Positions 36,704-46,579 of a DNA stretch of 64,000 bases are shown here, one piece after another. Below the pieces are notes generated by a model. The model searched no databases and was not told the DNA's origin. It saw only the letters and a list, made by a program, of their open reading frames with translations. The position numbers were made by a program, and so were the translations under genes. Source of the DNA: a virus; IMG/VR virus record IMGVR_UViG_3300042562_003539, positions 4,912-68,911 of that record. One strand, given 5' to 3'. The number at the start of each line of letters is the position of its first letter. Position 1 is the stretch's first letter.

Positions 36704-38149
36704 ATGACCAACATCCTCCGAATCAACAATGATTATTCTTTTTTCTTGTCTGATGATATGAAAATCAGAACTGAGTTGTGGGACAGATTACGTTTCCGTG
36801 ATAAGAATTACTTTCACAACCGTGCCTACAAGATGAAAAAGTGGGACGGCTTCATCAATTTTTTTGCATTAGAAACAGGTAAATTTTTGACTGGTTTGCT
36901 TCCTGAAGTTAGTGCTGTCTTGAATCATTTCAAAACAGAATATACAGTTGAAGACTTGAGAACTAAGAGTCTATTCGCTTATCAAGAAGTTGACAAACTT
37001 TTTCTTAATCAATGGCTTCCAGAAACGAACAGTATTGGCGACAAGATCAAGTCTCTTGAGCTTTATGATTACCAAGTTGAAATGATTAATCAAGTTGTCA
37101 AACATCGCAGAGGTGTTATCTATGCTCCTACTTCTGCTGGAAAATCATTGGTAATGCTCGGTATCCTTAAAACTATTGCTCCTAATACACCTACATTGGT
37201 TTTGCAGAATAGGGCTAGTTTGGCTCAACAAAATTACGATGAGTTTGTTAAGTGGGGTCTTCCTAATGTTGGATCATTATGGGGTGGAAGTGTAAATCCA
37301 AGTATGATAACAGTTGCAACAGTTCAATCTGTTGCCAAAATGGAAAAAGTATTGCCTAAAATCAAAGTTCTTATTGTTGATGAAATTCATGATATGATGA
37401 GTACTTTGCCAAAAGCTGTTTATCGTCGTCTCAAGTCTGCTGATATTCGTGTTGCAGTAAGTGCAACTCCTTTCAAATTTGGTGGTAAAGACCAAGTTCA
37501 AAAATTTTATGTTCGTGGTTTTTTCGGGCCAATCTTGAAGATTAAGTCGGCAGAAGGTGGAGTTCTAACTACTTCTGAATTGCAAGACCGTGGAATTTTG
37601 GCAAAGAGCAAGTGTATATTCTATCCAATTCGTGAGCCTAAGATTCCACATGACATTTACATTGATGCAGTAACTCGTGGAATTGCCGAAAGCTTTCATT
37701 TTCATGATGTTGTAACTCGTCTTGCCAAGAGTTTAAGAGGTAGAACTCTTATTCTAGTTGATCGTATTGCTCATGGAGATGCTTTGAACAAGCTTCTTCC
37801 CAACAGTCTTTGGGTTCAAGGCAAAGACAATGCTGTTACCAGAAAGTCAGTAATTAAAGAATTGCAGAAGGCTAAGGGCGATTTAATTGCGATTGCAACT
37901 CAGCAGATTTTTAATACGGGAATCAATGTTCACCCAAACAATTTAATTAATGCTGCTGGTGGTCAGGCTGATCACATGATTATTCAGCGTATGGGTCGTG
38001 GATTAAGAACAGCCGATGACAAAGAAAGATTGAATTATTTTGACTTTGTTTTTGAAATTAATGATTATCTGGAAGATCACAGCAACAAAAGAATTGAAAT
38101 TTTGAAGAAAGAAGGTCATAATGTTGAAATCAAGGAGATAGACTTTTAA
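36704..38149 (+). CDS. uvsW: UvsW-like SF2 DNA helicase
   Basis: WDGFINFF, LYDYQ, APTSAGKS, VDEIH, SATP, TGIN, QRMGRGLR. Confidence 0.85.
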   Translation: MTNILRINNDYSFFLSDDMKIRTELWDRLRFRDKNYFHNRAYKMKKWDGFINFFALETGKFLTGLLPEVSAVLNHFKTEYTVEDLRTKSLFAYQEVDKLFLNQWLPETNSIGDKIKSLELYDYQVEMINQVVKHRRGVIYAPTSAGKSLVMLGILKTIAPNTPTLVLQNRASLAQQNYDEFVKWGLPNVGSLWGGSVNPSMITVATVQSVAKMEKVLPKIKVLIVDEIHDMMSTLPKAVYRRLKSADIRVAVSATPFKFGGKDQVQKFYVRGFFGPILKIKSAEGGVLTTSELQDRGILAKSKCIFYPIREPKIPHDIYIDAVTRGIAESFHFHDVVTRLAKSLRGRTLILVDRIAHGDALNKLLPNSLWVQGKDNAVTRKSVIKELQKAKGDLIAIATQQIFNTGINVHPNNLINAAGGQADHMIIQRMGRGLRTADDKERLNYFDFVFEINDYLEDHSNKRIEILKKEGHNVEIKEIDF

Positions 38150-38454
38150 TGTTGGATTCTCCTGATTTTGAACTTGAATTTTACGATGAGCAGAATCGTA
38201 TGATGATGGAGAGGTATGTAGTTGTTTTCAAAAAATGGAAAATTCCTTGGAAGACATATGTCAAAGATGTTGAAAAAAGGCTTAGAAATAGAAAATATTG
38301 GCTATGGTCTTACTTAGTTGGAATAGAGAAGTTCATTCAAGATATGGGTGAAAATGTTCCATCCAAAGAGTTAGTGGAAAAAGATAAAGATTCCCGTATC
38401 AGTAGAATTGTAGGGGACTTCTACAAAGTCGAACAATACATCAGGAACCTATGA
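38149..38454 (+). CDS. hypothetical protein
   Basis: 101 aa, translationally coupled on both sides. Confidence 0.7.
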   Translation: MLDSPDFELEFYDEQNRMMMERYVVVFKKWKIPWKTYVKDVEKRLRNRKYWLWSYLVGIEKFIQDMGENVPSKELVEKDKDSRISRIVGDFYKVEQYIRNL

Positions 38455-39851
38455 GCCAAGAACCACAAGGCATAAGCGATCTAGAGCCTTTTATTATTGC
38501 TCTTCAAAAAATTGGATATAAAGATCTTGCAATTAAATGTCTTGATGCTTTTTCCGAATCAGCTTCACTATTTGGTCAACATGACAATTTATCTAAATGT
38601 TATTTTAAGATAAAAGAATATAAGAAATCAATAAAGCATGGTAAGGCATCTTTAACCGTTGCTCCAAGCGCACAACATGTATTTGTAACAAGAAACAATC
38701 TTATAAATGTTTACAACAGTGCCAATATGCCAGAAGAGGCGATGACTTATATCGGTTTTAATGAAGGAGCAGGATCATCTGGAGAGATTGAACTTCATAA
38801 GTCTTATGCTCTTTATTTGTTAAACAGAAAACCTGAAGCTCAAAAAATACTTGAAAACGCATTGTTGAGTGATAATATTCCTGAAGAAATTCGTGATAAG
38901 ATTAAATTCAATCTAGGAACATATTATTTATATGAAGATAAATTCCAAAAAGGGATGAGGCAATTTCTCTTGGGTGGAGCCAAGATGAAACTTTGGAATA
39001 CAGAAGTAATATTCACAAAAAATAATGCTTTGAATCTGCCATTTTGGCAAGGCTCTCCAGATGTAAAAAATCTTGTTGTTTATGCCGAAGCAGGAATCGG
39101 CGATGAGATCATCAATATTCGATTTATGAATCATTTGAAAGAACGTGGCATTAATGCCTATTGGTATGAAGCTACACAGAAAAATAAAAAAAATGATAGA
39201 CAAGGAATAACTAATCTTTTTGTAAAAAATGGCTATCCTGTCATTCAAGATTTGGAAGAAGTATTGCATATGCCTGATGTCATGTGGACATATTCAATGC
39301 AATTACCAATTTATTTGAATCTTGGCTATGCCGATTTATGGAAAGAACCATATCTAAAACCTTGTCCAGAATTTCAGAACAAATGGAAAATTGACACAGA
39401 TAAGCCGAAAATCGGTATTCGTTGGAAGGGAAGTAAGAATTACGAACAAGATCTACATCGATCCTATCCTGTCTCTCAGCTTTATTCAAATATTGGTCAT
39501 ATTGATGCTCATTTCATTAGTCTACAAAGAGATGATGGAGTAGAAGAAACTGTTGATTTCCCTAATGTTGTTGATTATAGTGATAAGCTAGAAACAATTG
39601 AAGATACTTTTGCATTGATCAGTAATCTTGACATTGTTATTACGTCATGCACAAGCATTGCTCATATGGCAGCATCACAAGGCAAGAAGGTTTATGTTTT
39701 TGTACCAATTTCAGCATATTACACTTGGTGCCACTCAGCAGAGAAAAGCCCTTGGTATGGTGAAAATGTAACATTGCTAAGGCAAACAAAACCAAGAAAT
39801 TGGGATGAACCCATGGCAAAACTTAAAGATTTGTTAGGGTATTTGAATTGA
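38451..39851 (+). CDS. TPR-containing GT9-like glycosyltransferase
   Basis: Helical TPR-like N-terminus; EAGIGDEI, KIGIRWKGS, FISLQ, LDIVITSCTSIAHMAAS.GK, SPWY. Confidence 0.8.
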   Translation: MSQEPQGISDLEPFIIALQKIGYKDLAIKCLDAFSESASLFGQHDNLSKCYFKIKEYKKSIKHGKASLTVAPSAQHVFVTRNNLINVYNSANMPEEAMTYIGFNEGAGSSGEIELHKSYALYLLNRKPEAQKILENALLSDNIPEEIRDKIKFNLGTYYLYEDKFQKGMRQFLLGGAKMKLWNTEVIFTKNNALNLPFWQGSPDVKNLVVYAEAGIGDEIINIRFMNHLKERGINAYWYEATQKNKKNDRQGITNLFVKNGYPVIQDLEEVLHMPDVMWTYSMQLPIYLNLGYADLWKEPYLKPCPEFQNKWKIDTDKPKIGIRWKGSKNYEQDLHRSYPVSQLYSNIGHIDAHFISLQRDDGVEETVDFPNVVDYSDKLETIEDTFALISNLDIVITSCTSIAHMAASQGKKVYVFVPISAYYTWCHSAEKSPWYGENVTLLRQTKPRNWDEPMAKLKDLLGYLN

Positions 39852-40639
39852 AAACAATATTTTTCTTATCTGGTCTTCCAAGATCTGGATCGACACTTTT
39901 AGGTTCGATCATAGGTCAAAATCCAGATTTTCATGTTACTCCAACTAGTCCTCTTTTAGATTTACTTTGTTTTGCCAATCAGAATTTTAACTTGTTGGAA
40001 CAAAAATATACCTATGACAAAGATGTAGTTTCTGCTAATGTTTACAAAGGAATTATCGAAGGCTTTTACAAGCATATAGACAAGAAATATATTTTAGATA
40101 AACATCGTGGTCATCCACGAAACTTGGTTCCTTTGAAAAAATTTGTAACAGATGAACCTAAAATAATTTGTACTGTTCGTCCAGTTTCAGAAATAATTGC
40201 TTCTTATATTAAATTAATTGAAAAAAACAAACAATCTGATAATTTTATTGACAATCATTTGAAATCAAAAAAAATACCAATTAACATTGGCAATCGTGCC
40301 AAGTGCTTATGGGAAGAATACATTATATCTCCATATGAAAGCATGAAGTTTGGACTGAAAAATTATAGAGATAATTTGCATATTGTTGAGTATGAAAACT
40401 TGATAAACAAGCCTGACATTGTGTTGAAACAAATTTATGACTTTTTAGGTTTGCCTCATTATTTGGGTCATCTTTATGAAAACATTCATAATTTTTGTGC
40501 TGAAGAAAAGGATGCTGCTTGGGGATTAGAAAATTTACATTTAATTAGAACAATCTTAAAGAAGACAAGCACTCCTCCTGATGAGATACTTGGGCCATAT
40601 TTGACTGAATATTATAATCAATTTAATCTGGTGTACTAA
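39848..40639 (+). CDS. PAPS-dependent sulfotransferase
   Basis: 5'-PSB loop SGLPRSGSTLL; VRP...IAS 3'-PB; VEYENL..P..VLKQIYDFLG. Confidence 0.88.
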   Translation: MKTIFFLSGLPRSGSTLLGSIIGQNPDFHVTPTSPLLDLLCFANQNFNLLEQKYTYDKDVVSANVYKGIIEGFYKHIDKKYILDKHRGHPRNLVPLKKFVTDEPKIICTVRPVSEIIASYIKLIEKNKQSDNFIDNHLKSKKIPINIGNRAKCLWEEYIISPYESMKFGLKNYRDNLHIVEYENLINKPDIVLKQIYDFLGLPHYLGHLYENIHNFCAEEKDAAWGLENLHLIRTILKKTSTPPDEILGPYLTEYYNQFNLVY

Positions 40640-41319
40640 TGCAAATATTAAATGAAACTCTACACGCAAAATACGATCTAGTAGTAGACAAAGCCTACAT
40701 CATCACCATTCGTGGTCATGAAACATCAGAGAAATTAGCTTCTCGATGCCTTGAATCATGTAAAAGAGTAGGACAAAAAGCCGAAATTTACGATGCTTTT
40801 GATGGTACTGATCCTAATGTTGAAGGAATTAAAGTCCCAGAACATTGCCAAGACGCTACATGGCTTAAATGGCTTCGTCTTGTAAATCACGAATTGACAA
40901 AACCAGAAGTATGTTGCTTGTTAAGTCATTTTTCCTTGTGGTGCAAATGCATTGAACAAAATAAACCTTTAATTGCATTGGAGCATGACGCTGTAATGCT
41001 TCAGCCTTTTACAGAACATCAAGCAGTAAATGCAATTATTTATTTAGGATGTAATGAACAAGTAAGAAATAATTTTTGGAGTATCATTCCTCCTCACGCA
41101 CAACTTAATCCAGATTATAGGCACATACTCAGAACACATGCTTATAGCATTGATCCTTTTATGGCAAAAAACTTAGTTAGCCATGTATTGGAAAAAGGAA
41201 TATTTTCTTCTGCTGATGTGACAATAAGTCTAAATCGCTTCGCAATGTTGTGCTTCGGGATATATGCCATGGATGTTCCCGGCGAATCAACAATTCCAGA
41301 GAAAGGAAAAGAAAAGTGA
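40639..41319 (+). CDS. glycosyltransferase family 25-like (paralog 1)
   Basis: AYII, AFDG, EVCCLLSHFSLW, LEHDA, THAYSI. Confidence 0.8.
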   Translation: MQILNETLHAKYDLVVDKAYIITIRGHETSEKLASRCLESCKRVGQKAEIYDAFDGTDPNVEGIKVPEHCQDATWLKWLRLVNHELTKPEVCCLLSHFSLWCKCIEQNKPLIALEHDAVMLQPFTEHQAVNAIIYLGCNEQVRNNFWSIIPPHAQLNPDYRHILRTHAYSIDPFMAKNLVSHVLEKGIFSSADVTISLNRFAMLCFGIYAMDVPGESTIPEKGKEK

Positions 41320-42002
41320 ATTTACATTACAAATATGAAATTGGAGTTGATTCAGCTTATATCATCTATTTGCCCGACAATGAAAAATCATGTCAGTACG
41401 CAAATGAATGTGCTAAATCATGTGAAGATGTTGGAATGCCTTGCAAATTATGGCCAGCTTTTGATGGTACTGGTGATGAAATAAAAGTACCTGAACATTT
41501 GAATAATAAGGATTGGTTGAAATGGATTAAATGCTCAAATCCAACCTTAGATAAAACAGAAATTTCAATTTTTTTAGCTCACATAAGTCTCTGGGCAGAA
41601 TGTACTGAACAAGACAAGCCAATTGTTATTCTTGAACATGATGCGATAGTTTTACAAAAAATCACACAACATTTCGCAATGAATGCAATCATATACTTAG
41701 GAAGTCATGAGCAAGTGGGAAATAACTTCATCTCTAATGCTGTTCCAATTATGATGCAATGGCAAGGACTACGCTGTTTGTGTAGGGCACACGCTTATAG
41801 TATTGATCCTTTTATCGCAAGAAGGCTTTTATCAAGCGTTATGGTAACAGGAATAAACAAAAGCGTAGATGTTTATATGAGGTCAGATATATTCACTCAA
41901 ATTCAAAATGGTATTTTTGCATATGACAAAAAGAATAGTGAATCAGTGATAAAGAGAAATAAGTCTCCTGAAGATAAAAGAATTTGTGGCAAAATATTAT
42001 AA
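41316..42002 (+). CDS. glycosyltransferase family 25-like (paralog 2)
   Basis: Tandem paralog: AYII, AFDG, AHISLW, LEHDA, AHAYSIDPF; GTGA overlap start. Confidence 0.8.
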   Translation: MNLHYKYEIGVDSAYIIYLPDNEKSCQYANECAKSCEDVGMPCKLWPAFDGTGDEIKVPEHLNNKDWLKWIKCSNPTLDKTEISIFLAHISLWAECTEQDKPIVILEHDAIVLQKITQHFAMNAIIYLGSHEQVGNNFISNAVPIMMQWQGLRCLCRAHAYSIDPFIARRLLSSVMVTGINKSVDVYMRSDIFTQIQNGIFAYDKKNSESVIKRNKSPEDKRICGKIL

Positions 42003-42005
42003 ATA
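41998..42005 (+). promoter_or_regulatory. T4-type late promoter-like TATAAATA
   Basis: Exact TATAAATA 4 nt before an ATG; weak evidence in AT-rich DNA. Confidence 0.35.
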
Positions 42006-42009
42006 GGTT

Positions 42010-42159
42010 ATGATGTCATTCTTAAAAAAAATACCTTATTTCATCATGCTTTTAATTTTAAGCATGATTTATTTATCGTGTGGCTATCTAATAGGTTATT
42101 ATAATGGATACAATCAAGCCCAAAAAGAATGCGTCGAAACAGGTGAATCCCTTAAGTAA
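42010..42159 (+). CDS. small membrane protein (49 aa)
   Basis: Hand translation MMSFLKKIPYFIMLLILSMIYLSCGYLIGYYNGYNQA... Confidence 0.6.
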   Translation: MMSFLKKIPYFIMLLILSMIYLSCGYLIGYYNGYNQAQKECVETGESLK

Positions 42160-42174
42160 CGCACAGGAGAAAAA

Positions 42175-42489
42175 ATGGCTTTAATCACAAAAGACAGTCC
42201 GATCATAGAACCCGCAACAATTGAAAAAATCTATAATGTATGGTGGGTTGAAAACCTTACTCTTGACGCAACACTTACTGCTAGCCCAGAACCAATTCTA
42301 GTTGTTGACTACAGATTATGCTACCTAGATGAAAATGGAAAACCAAACTTTCATCCAACAGAAAGAAGAAGACTTCATATGAGAGATCTTTTTTCTTATA
42401 CTGCTACAGACACAACAGTCTATGATGCTGTTTGGAATGCAGTTGATGTTCTTGGTAATATTGGTAAAAGCCAAGGTGTTCTTGACTAA
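42175..42489 (+). CDS. hypothetical protein
   Basis: 104 aa, AGGAG RBS. Confidence 0.75.
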   Translation: MALITKDSPIIEPATIEKIYNVWWVENLTLDATLTASPEPILVVDYRLCYLDENGKPNFHPTERRRLHMRDLFSYTATDTTVYDAVWNAVDVLGNIGKSQGVLD

Positions 42490-42656
42490 TGTTCAAAAAA
42501 TTCTGGTCAATTTGGCGTAAAGCCATGGGTGACGACTTAATGTGTGATGACATTGAATGTCACATAGGAGCCGTCATTCGCACATTCTTTTGGATAATAA
42601 ACATTATCACATGCGGATTCATCATGGCAAATTGTATTAGACATTGGAATTCTTAG
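42489..42656 (+). CDS. small membrane protein (55 aa) resembling a conserved T4-like phage hypothetical
   Basis: Hand translation MFKKFWSIWRKAMG...AVIRTFFWIINIITCGFIMANCIRHWNS; TAATG coupling. Confidence 0.65.
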   Translation: MFKKFWSIWRKAMGDDLMCDDIECHIGAVIRTFFWIINIITCGFIMANCIRHWNS

Positions 42657-44211
42657 TCATTTCAACATATATGCTAATCTCAGGGAGATAATCCATTGTC
42701 TCCCTTATTATCTGTAAATTACCTTCATTGAAATTCTTTCTCTCAACACGGAATCCAGCTTCCATACCAATCTGCTCTAAACTACTAAAATCATATGCAA
42801 TCTTGTGACCATCAAATAAGAATGACCACAATTTGAATGTTTGTGCTTTGTTTTGAGAAGCAGTGACATTCATCTGATCCAAAAATTCAAGATTGTTATC
42901 CTTATAATAACTAACTAATTTTTCTGCATCTGGAACAGCAATCCTTATGGTCGCATTTGGTTTCATAATGCGATTACATTCTTTAAGAAAATTCAATCCT
43001 TCATTCCAATCCAGATGCTCAAGCATATGACTGGAAACAATCAAATCAATAGTATTATTTTCAAATGGAAGAGTATGCCTACAATCCATCTGAAGGAATT
43101 TGTATTGATTTTGAGCGGCATAATCATTCAAATTAACAATGTCTGTGTTGATCCAGCCATTATGCAACATTACCGTAAAACTACCAATATTGAGTTTAAG
43201 CTTACCATCTCCAGCAGGTATGTTAAGAGCAAGAGATCCTTCTGTTAAATGCTTATTGTCGATAAATTCCTGATTACTCCAAGAAAGATTTAGGCTATTT
43301 GTGTTTACTCCATGCATTCCTCTGGAAGAAACACGATTTATTTCTTTGAGAATAACAGGAATATATTCTGCTTCAATAAAATCAAAAAATCCATGTGATA
43401 CACATAAATCAAACTGATTGTCTTCAAATGGCCAAGGTGTTTGCCTCACATCAAATTCAGCAACAGAATCACTCACTCTTGTTAAAATACAATGCTTGGA
43501 TATTTCCAGTCCTTTGCAAATTATTTCTTTAGATTCAAACCTTTTAAGCAAATATCCTCTTCCACAGCCAATTTCCAAAACAGAAGTTGGATTCTTCTTC
43601 ATGATGTTATTGAAAACAATCCAATTGCTTGGATGGTCACGATAGAATCCAGTGTTCTCACCATAAAAATGAGGATTATCAAAATACTCTCTATTGAATT
43701 CAATTTTATTGGTGGTTTTAGTGGCTTCAATAATCATATCTGTCTCTAATTCCCCAAAAGGCAAGACAACAACATTGGTGAATCCAGCATCAGTCATTAA
43801 CTTAATTGCATATTTTGGACTGAAGCTGTTGCGATGAGTGTTTTCTGGATAATCTTGATCGCCGAAAATAATACAAGAACAGTTATCGTCCCACTCATCG
43901 TGATCAAGAACATATTGCATTTGCTTTTCAGTGTTGGCTGTAATGAAAACAACTTTACCATTGTTCTTGAGAATACGATAAACTTCACTGATGAATAGTT
44001 TTACTTTACGCCAAGAAAGATGTTCAATGCAAAATTGACTGAATACACCATTGTATTCATTGTCTGGTATTGGTAATGGTTCATTAAAATCAGCAACTAT
44101 GTCAATGCTTGTTCCTGAGCGGACATCGAGATTTGGACGGAAATATGGTCTATCTCCTCCTCCTAATTCAATTACCTTGTCGGTTTGAATAAATGGAAAT
44201 GAATAACTCAT
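42637..44211 (-). CDS. triple-domain SAM-dependent methyltransferase
   Basis: Three motif-I copies (IELGGG, LEIGCGRG, LNIGS), each with LP/PF..N..D and EH / E..R.L motifs; start MSYSF. Confidence 0.8.
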   Translation of the reverse strand: MSYSFPFIQTDKVIELGGGDRPYFRPNLDVRSGTSIDIVADFNEPLPIPDNEYNGVFSQFCIEHLSWRKVKLFISEVYRILKNNGKVVFITANTEKQMQYVLDHDEWDDNCSCIIFGDQDYPENTHRNSFSPKYAIKLMTDAGFTNVVVLPFGELETDMIIEATKTTNKIEFNREYFDNPHFYGENTGFYRDHPSNWIVFNNIMKKNPTSVLEIGCGRGYLLKRFESKEIICKGLEISKHCILTRVSDSVAEFDVRQTPWPFEDNQFDLCVSHGFFDFIEAEYIPVILKEINRVSSRGMHGVNTNSLNLSWSNQEFIDNKHLTEGSLALNIPAGDGKLKLNIGSFTVMLHNGWINTDIVNLNDYAAQNQYKFLQMDCRHTLPFENNTIDLIVSSHMLEHLDWNEGLNFLKECNRIMKPNATIRIAVPDAEKLVSYYKDNNLEFLDQMNVTASQNKAQTFKLWSFLFDGHKIAYDFSSLEQIGMEAGFRVERKNFNEGNLQIIRETMDYLPEISIYVEMTKNSNV

Positions 44212-45215
44212 ATCATGCCTCGCCACAATTGGATGTATTGTTCTTTGACCTTGTCCCAAGTGTAATTTTTCGCTTTTGCTTCTGCTTTTCTGCCAAATTC
44301 TTCACAAAGATTTGGATTGTTTTTTAAGTTGTCGATCATTTGTGCAAGCTTTTTGGTGTTTTTCTTCTCAAATACAAAACCACAATCTTCAACGCAGTCA
44401 GATGCTCCAGCACCATCAGAAACAACAACAGGTCTGCCAGAACTCATAGCTTCAAGAACTTCAATCCCAAATCCTTCTGTTGCGCTTGGCTGAACATAAA
44501 TAGAGCAACTATTGTAAAAATCTTCCGTAGATTTAACCCAGCCTTGAATGTTAATGTTGCCTTTGCCGAAATGCCTAATCAATGGCAATAAACCGGGAGT
44601 CTGACTTCCAGCAAGATTCAATATTGCATCTTTGTAGTTTAGAATAGACCAAGCTTCTAACAAATATCGCAATCCCTTATCAGGTCCACACTGACCAAGA
44701 TATCCAACTGTAAACCTCTTTGGATGTTTCTTGTTTCTAACAGGGATATGACCGTGCGGAATTATTTTTGTATTGTTTATTCCATATTTATTATTGGTTT
44801 TTTTTGCAACTGATGATGGACATATTACAACATCAGCATTCTTGTAGCAGCTTATGTATTTTTGAAATAAATTTGGATCATTTAAGTGTGGAAAGTCAAA
44901 AGAAGCACCTAAACCTAAAAATTCTTCCCTGCTGATGTCAACATCGTGAGCAGCTACAGTATAAGTTATTTTTACGCCATTTGCTTTTAACTTGGTGGTT
45001 AGTTCTGGGAATGTGCCAGCATAGAAGTGTGCAAGTTTATACTTGCTGAAATCAATTTCTTGGATTGCCTTTTCTGAATCAAAAGGATTATTGGTTGGCT
45101 CAGGATTGATAACATCAACTGGACCAAGTTGATTTAACGCTTCAAATTCATGTGCGGTTACTTGACCTCCTCCTGTTTCTGACCCGATTTTATCATTTGT
45201 TACAAATAAAAACAT
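44208..45215 (-). CDS. glycosyltransferase family 4
   Basis: GYLGQ..PDKG, VQPSATEGFGIEVLEAMSSGRPVV. Confidence 0.9.
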   Translation of the reverse strand: MFLFVTNDKIGSETGGGQVTAHEFEALNQLGPVDVINPEPTNNPFDSEKAIQEIDFSKYKLAHFYAGTFPELTTKLKANGVKITYTVAAHDVDISREEFLGLGASFDFPHLNDPNLFQKYISCYKNADVVICPSSVAKKTNNKYGINNTKIIPHGHIPVRNKKHPKRFTVGYLGQCGPDKGLRYLLEAWSILNYKDAILNLAGSQTPGLLPLIRHFGKGNINIQGWVKSTEDFYNSCSIYVQPSATEGFGIEVLEAMSSGRPVVVSDGAGASDCVEDCGFVFEKKNTKKLAQMIDNLKNNPNLCEEFGRKAEAKAKNYTWDKVKEQYIQLWRGMI

Positions 45216-45218
45216 GAT

Positions 45219-45878
45219 TTAATCCAATGGTTTTCTTAATCTTACATAGCAAGAAACATGAGGCAATCCAATTGTATTCAGTATAGCCTCATTCATTGAT
45301 ATTGGGCTTCCAACAGAAAAAACCTTACCGTTGATTGTTATTTCTTCGCAAACACCAAGATTGAATACTTCTGTGCTAAAATCTTGAACAATTCTTTCCA
45401 GTAGATTTGCCCAATCATAAACACGCCAATGAGGTTTGTGTTCAACAAATTTACCACCGAAAGGTGTTGTTAAATAACAAGTTCCACCCGGTTTCAATAA
45501 ATCATAAATGTATCGCATGGCAATAACATCGTAATATTCATGCTTCCTGCCTTCTCCATAAGTATTCAAACCAAAATGTTCAATGGCAGAGACAATAACA
45601 GCAGCATCGAAAGTTCCTATGTTTTCACGAATGAAGTAAGATGGTAACCGACAGAAATCAGCAGTAATGTGATTATAGTTTAATTCTTGATCAGAATCTC
45701 TTAGATCAATGCCTGTAACGTGAAACCCACATTTAGCCATCATACTGGCAAGAGGACTGTGTTGAGATCCAATTTCAAGTATTTTCGAGCCTTTTGGTTC
45801 ATCAAAATCAGCAAAAAATAATCCTACTTCTGGATCAAAAGTTTTATATTCTTGAATAATATGGTCAGGTATTTTCAC
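45219..45878 (-). CDS. class I SAM-dependent methyltransferase
   Basis: ILEIGS, TGIDLR, SAIEHFG, LLKPGG; GTGA-overlap start. Confidence 0.8.
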   Translation of the reverse strand: MKIPDHIIQEYKTFDPEVGLFFADFDEPKGSKILEIGSQHSPLASMMAKCGFHVTGIDLRDSDQELNYNHITADFCRLPSYFIRENIGTFDAAVIVSAIEHFGLNTYGEGRKHEYYDVIAMRYIYDLLKPGGTCYLTTPFGGKFVEHKPHWRVYDWANLLERIVQDFSTEVFNLGVCEEITINGKVFSVGSPISMNEAILNTIGLPHVSCYVRLRKPLD

Positions 45879-46579
45879 AAATCCCACACTTTCAAACATA
45901 TTGTGGCAAGAACACAACCGCCGGGAAAACTTGCAGAATAATATTTTTCGTTATTATATTCAGGCACACCAAAATAATTTAATATTTCTGCTGCCTCATT
46001 TTTTCTCATGTAAAAATCAAACTGATTTTCACCTTCTTCTATGATAAAATCAAAAGTTAAATAAAGCTCTCCGTCCTTCTTCAACATTCCTATCATGTTT
46101 TCAATACATTCAATTCTTTCACTACTACTCTGTATGTGTTCTAGAACAGATATGCAATAGATCTTATCAAATTTTTCTTCACTTCTATAATCTTGAATTT
46201 TAGAATTATAAAACTCAATGTTTTTGAAGCCAAGTCTTTCTGCTGATCTTATAGATTTGTCAAGATAGTCTTGATTCATGTCAATCGTGACTACTTTGGC
46301 GCATCTTTTGGCAACTGCATATTTGAAAACAGCATATGCTCCTCCAGCATCAAGGCAAACATCGCTTGGCTTCAAATTACTATGCATAATTGCCCAAGGA
46401 TATTCGTATTGTCTGCTCCAGTGCAAACTTGTAAAGCTAGTTGGAACCTCAAAGTTTAGTGGAGCATTTTCATGTGGCTCTAAAATTGTGCATTCTGGGC
46501 ATTGAATGTCATAGCTCATCAATTCACGAAGAATTGTTTCGTCAGGACAGCCATAAGTATAAGAAATATGTATTTTCAC
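45875..46579 (-). CDS. class I SAM-dependent methyltransferase
   Basis: SRQYEYPW, LDAGGA, FDKIYCISVLEH, LKKDG. Confidence 0.82.
   Translation of the reverse strand: MKIHISYTYGCPDETILRELMSYDIQCPECTILEPHENAPLNFEVPTSFTSLHWSRQYEYPWAIMHSNLKPSDVCLDAGGAYAVFKYAVAKRCAKVVTIDMNQDYLDKSIRSAERLGFKNIEFYNSKIQDYRSEEKFDKIYCISVLEHIQSSSERIECIENMIGMLKKDGELYLTFDFIIEEGENQFDFYMRKNEAAEILNYFGVPEYNNEKYYSASFPGGCVLATICLKVWDL

Noticed and set aside
36619-36732. 37-codon basic ORF before uvsW
   Set aside because: Too short, out of frame with uvsW, no recognisable motif.
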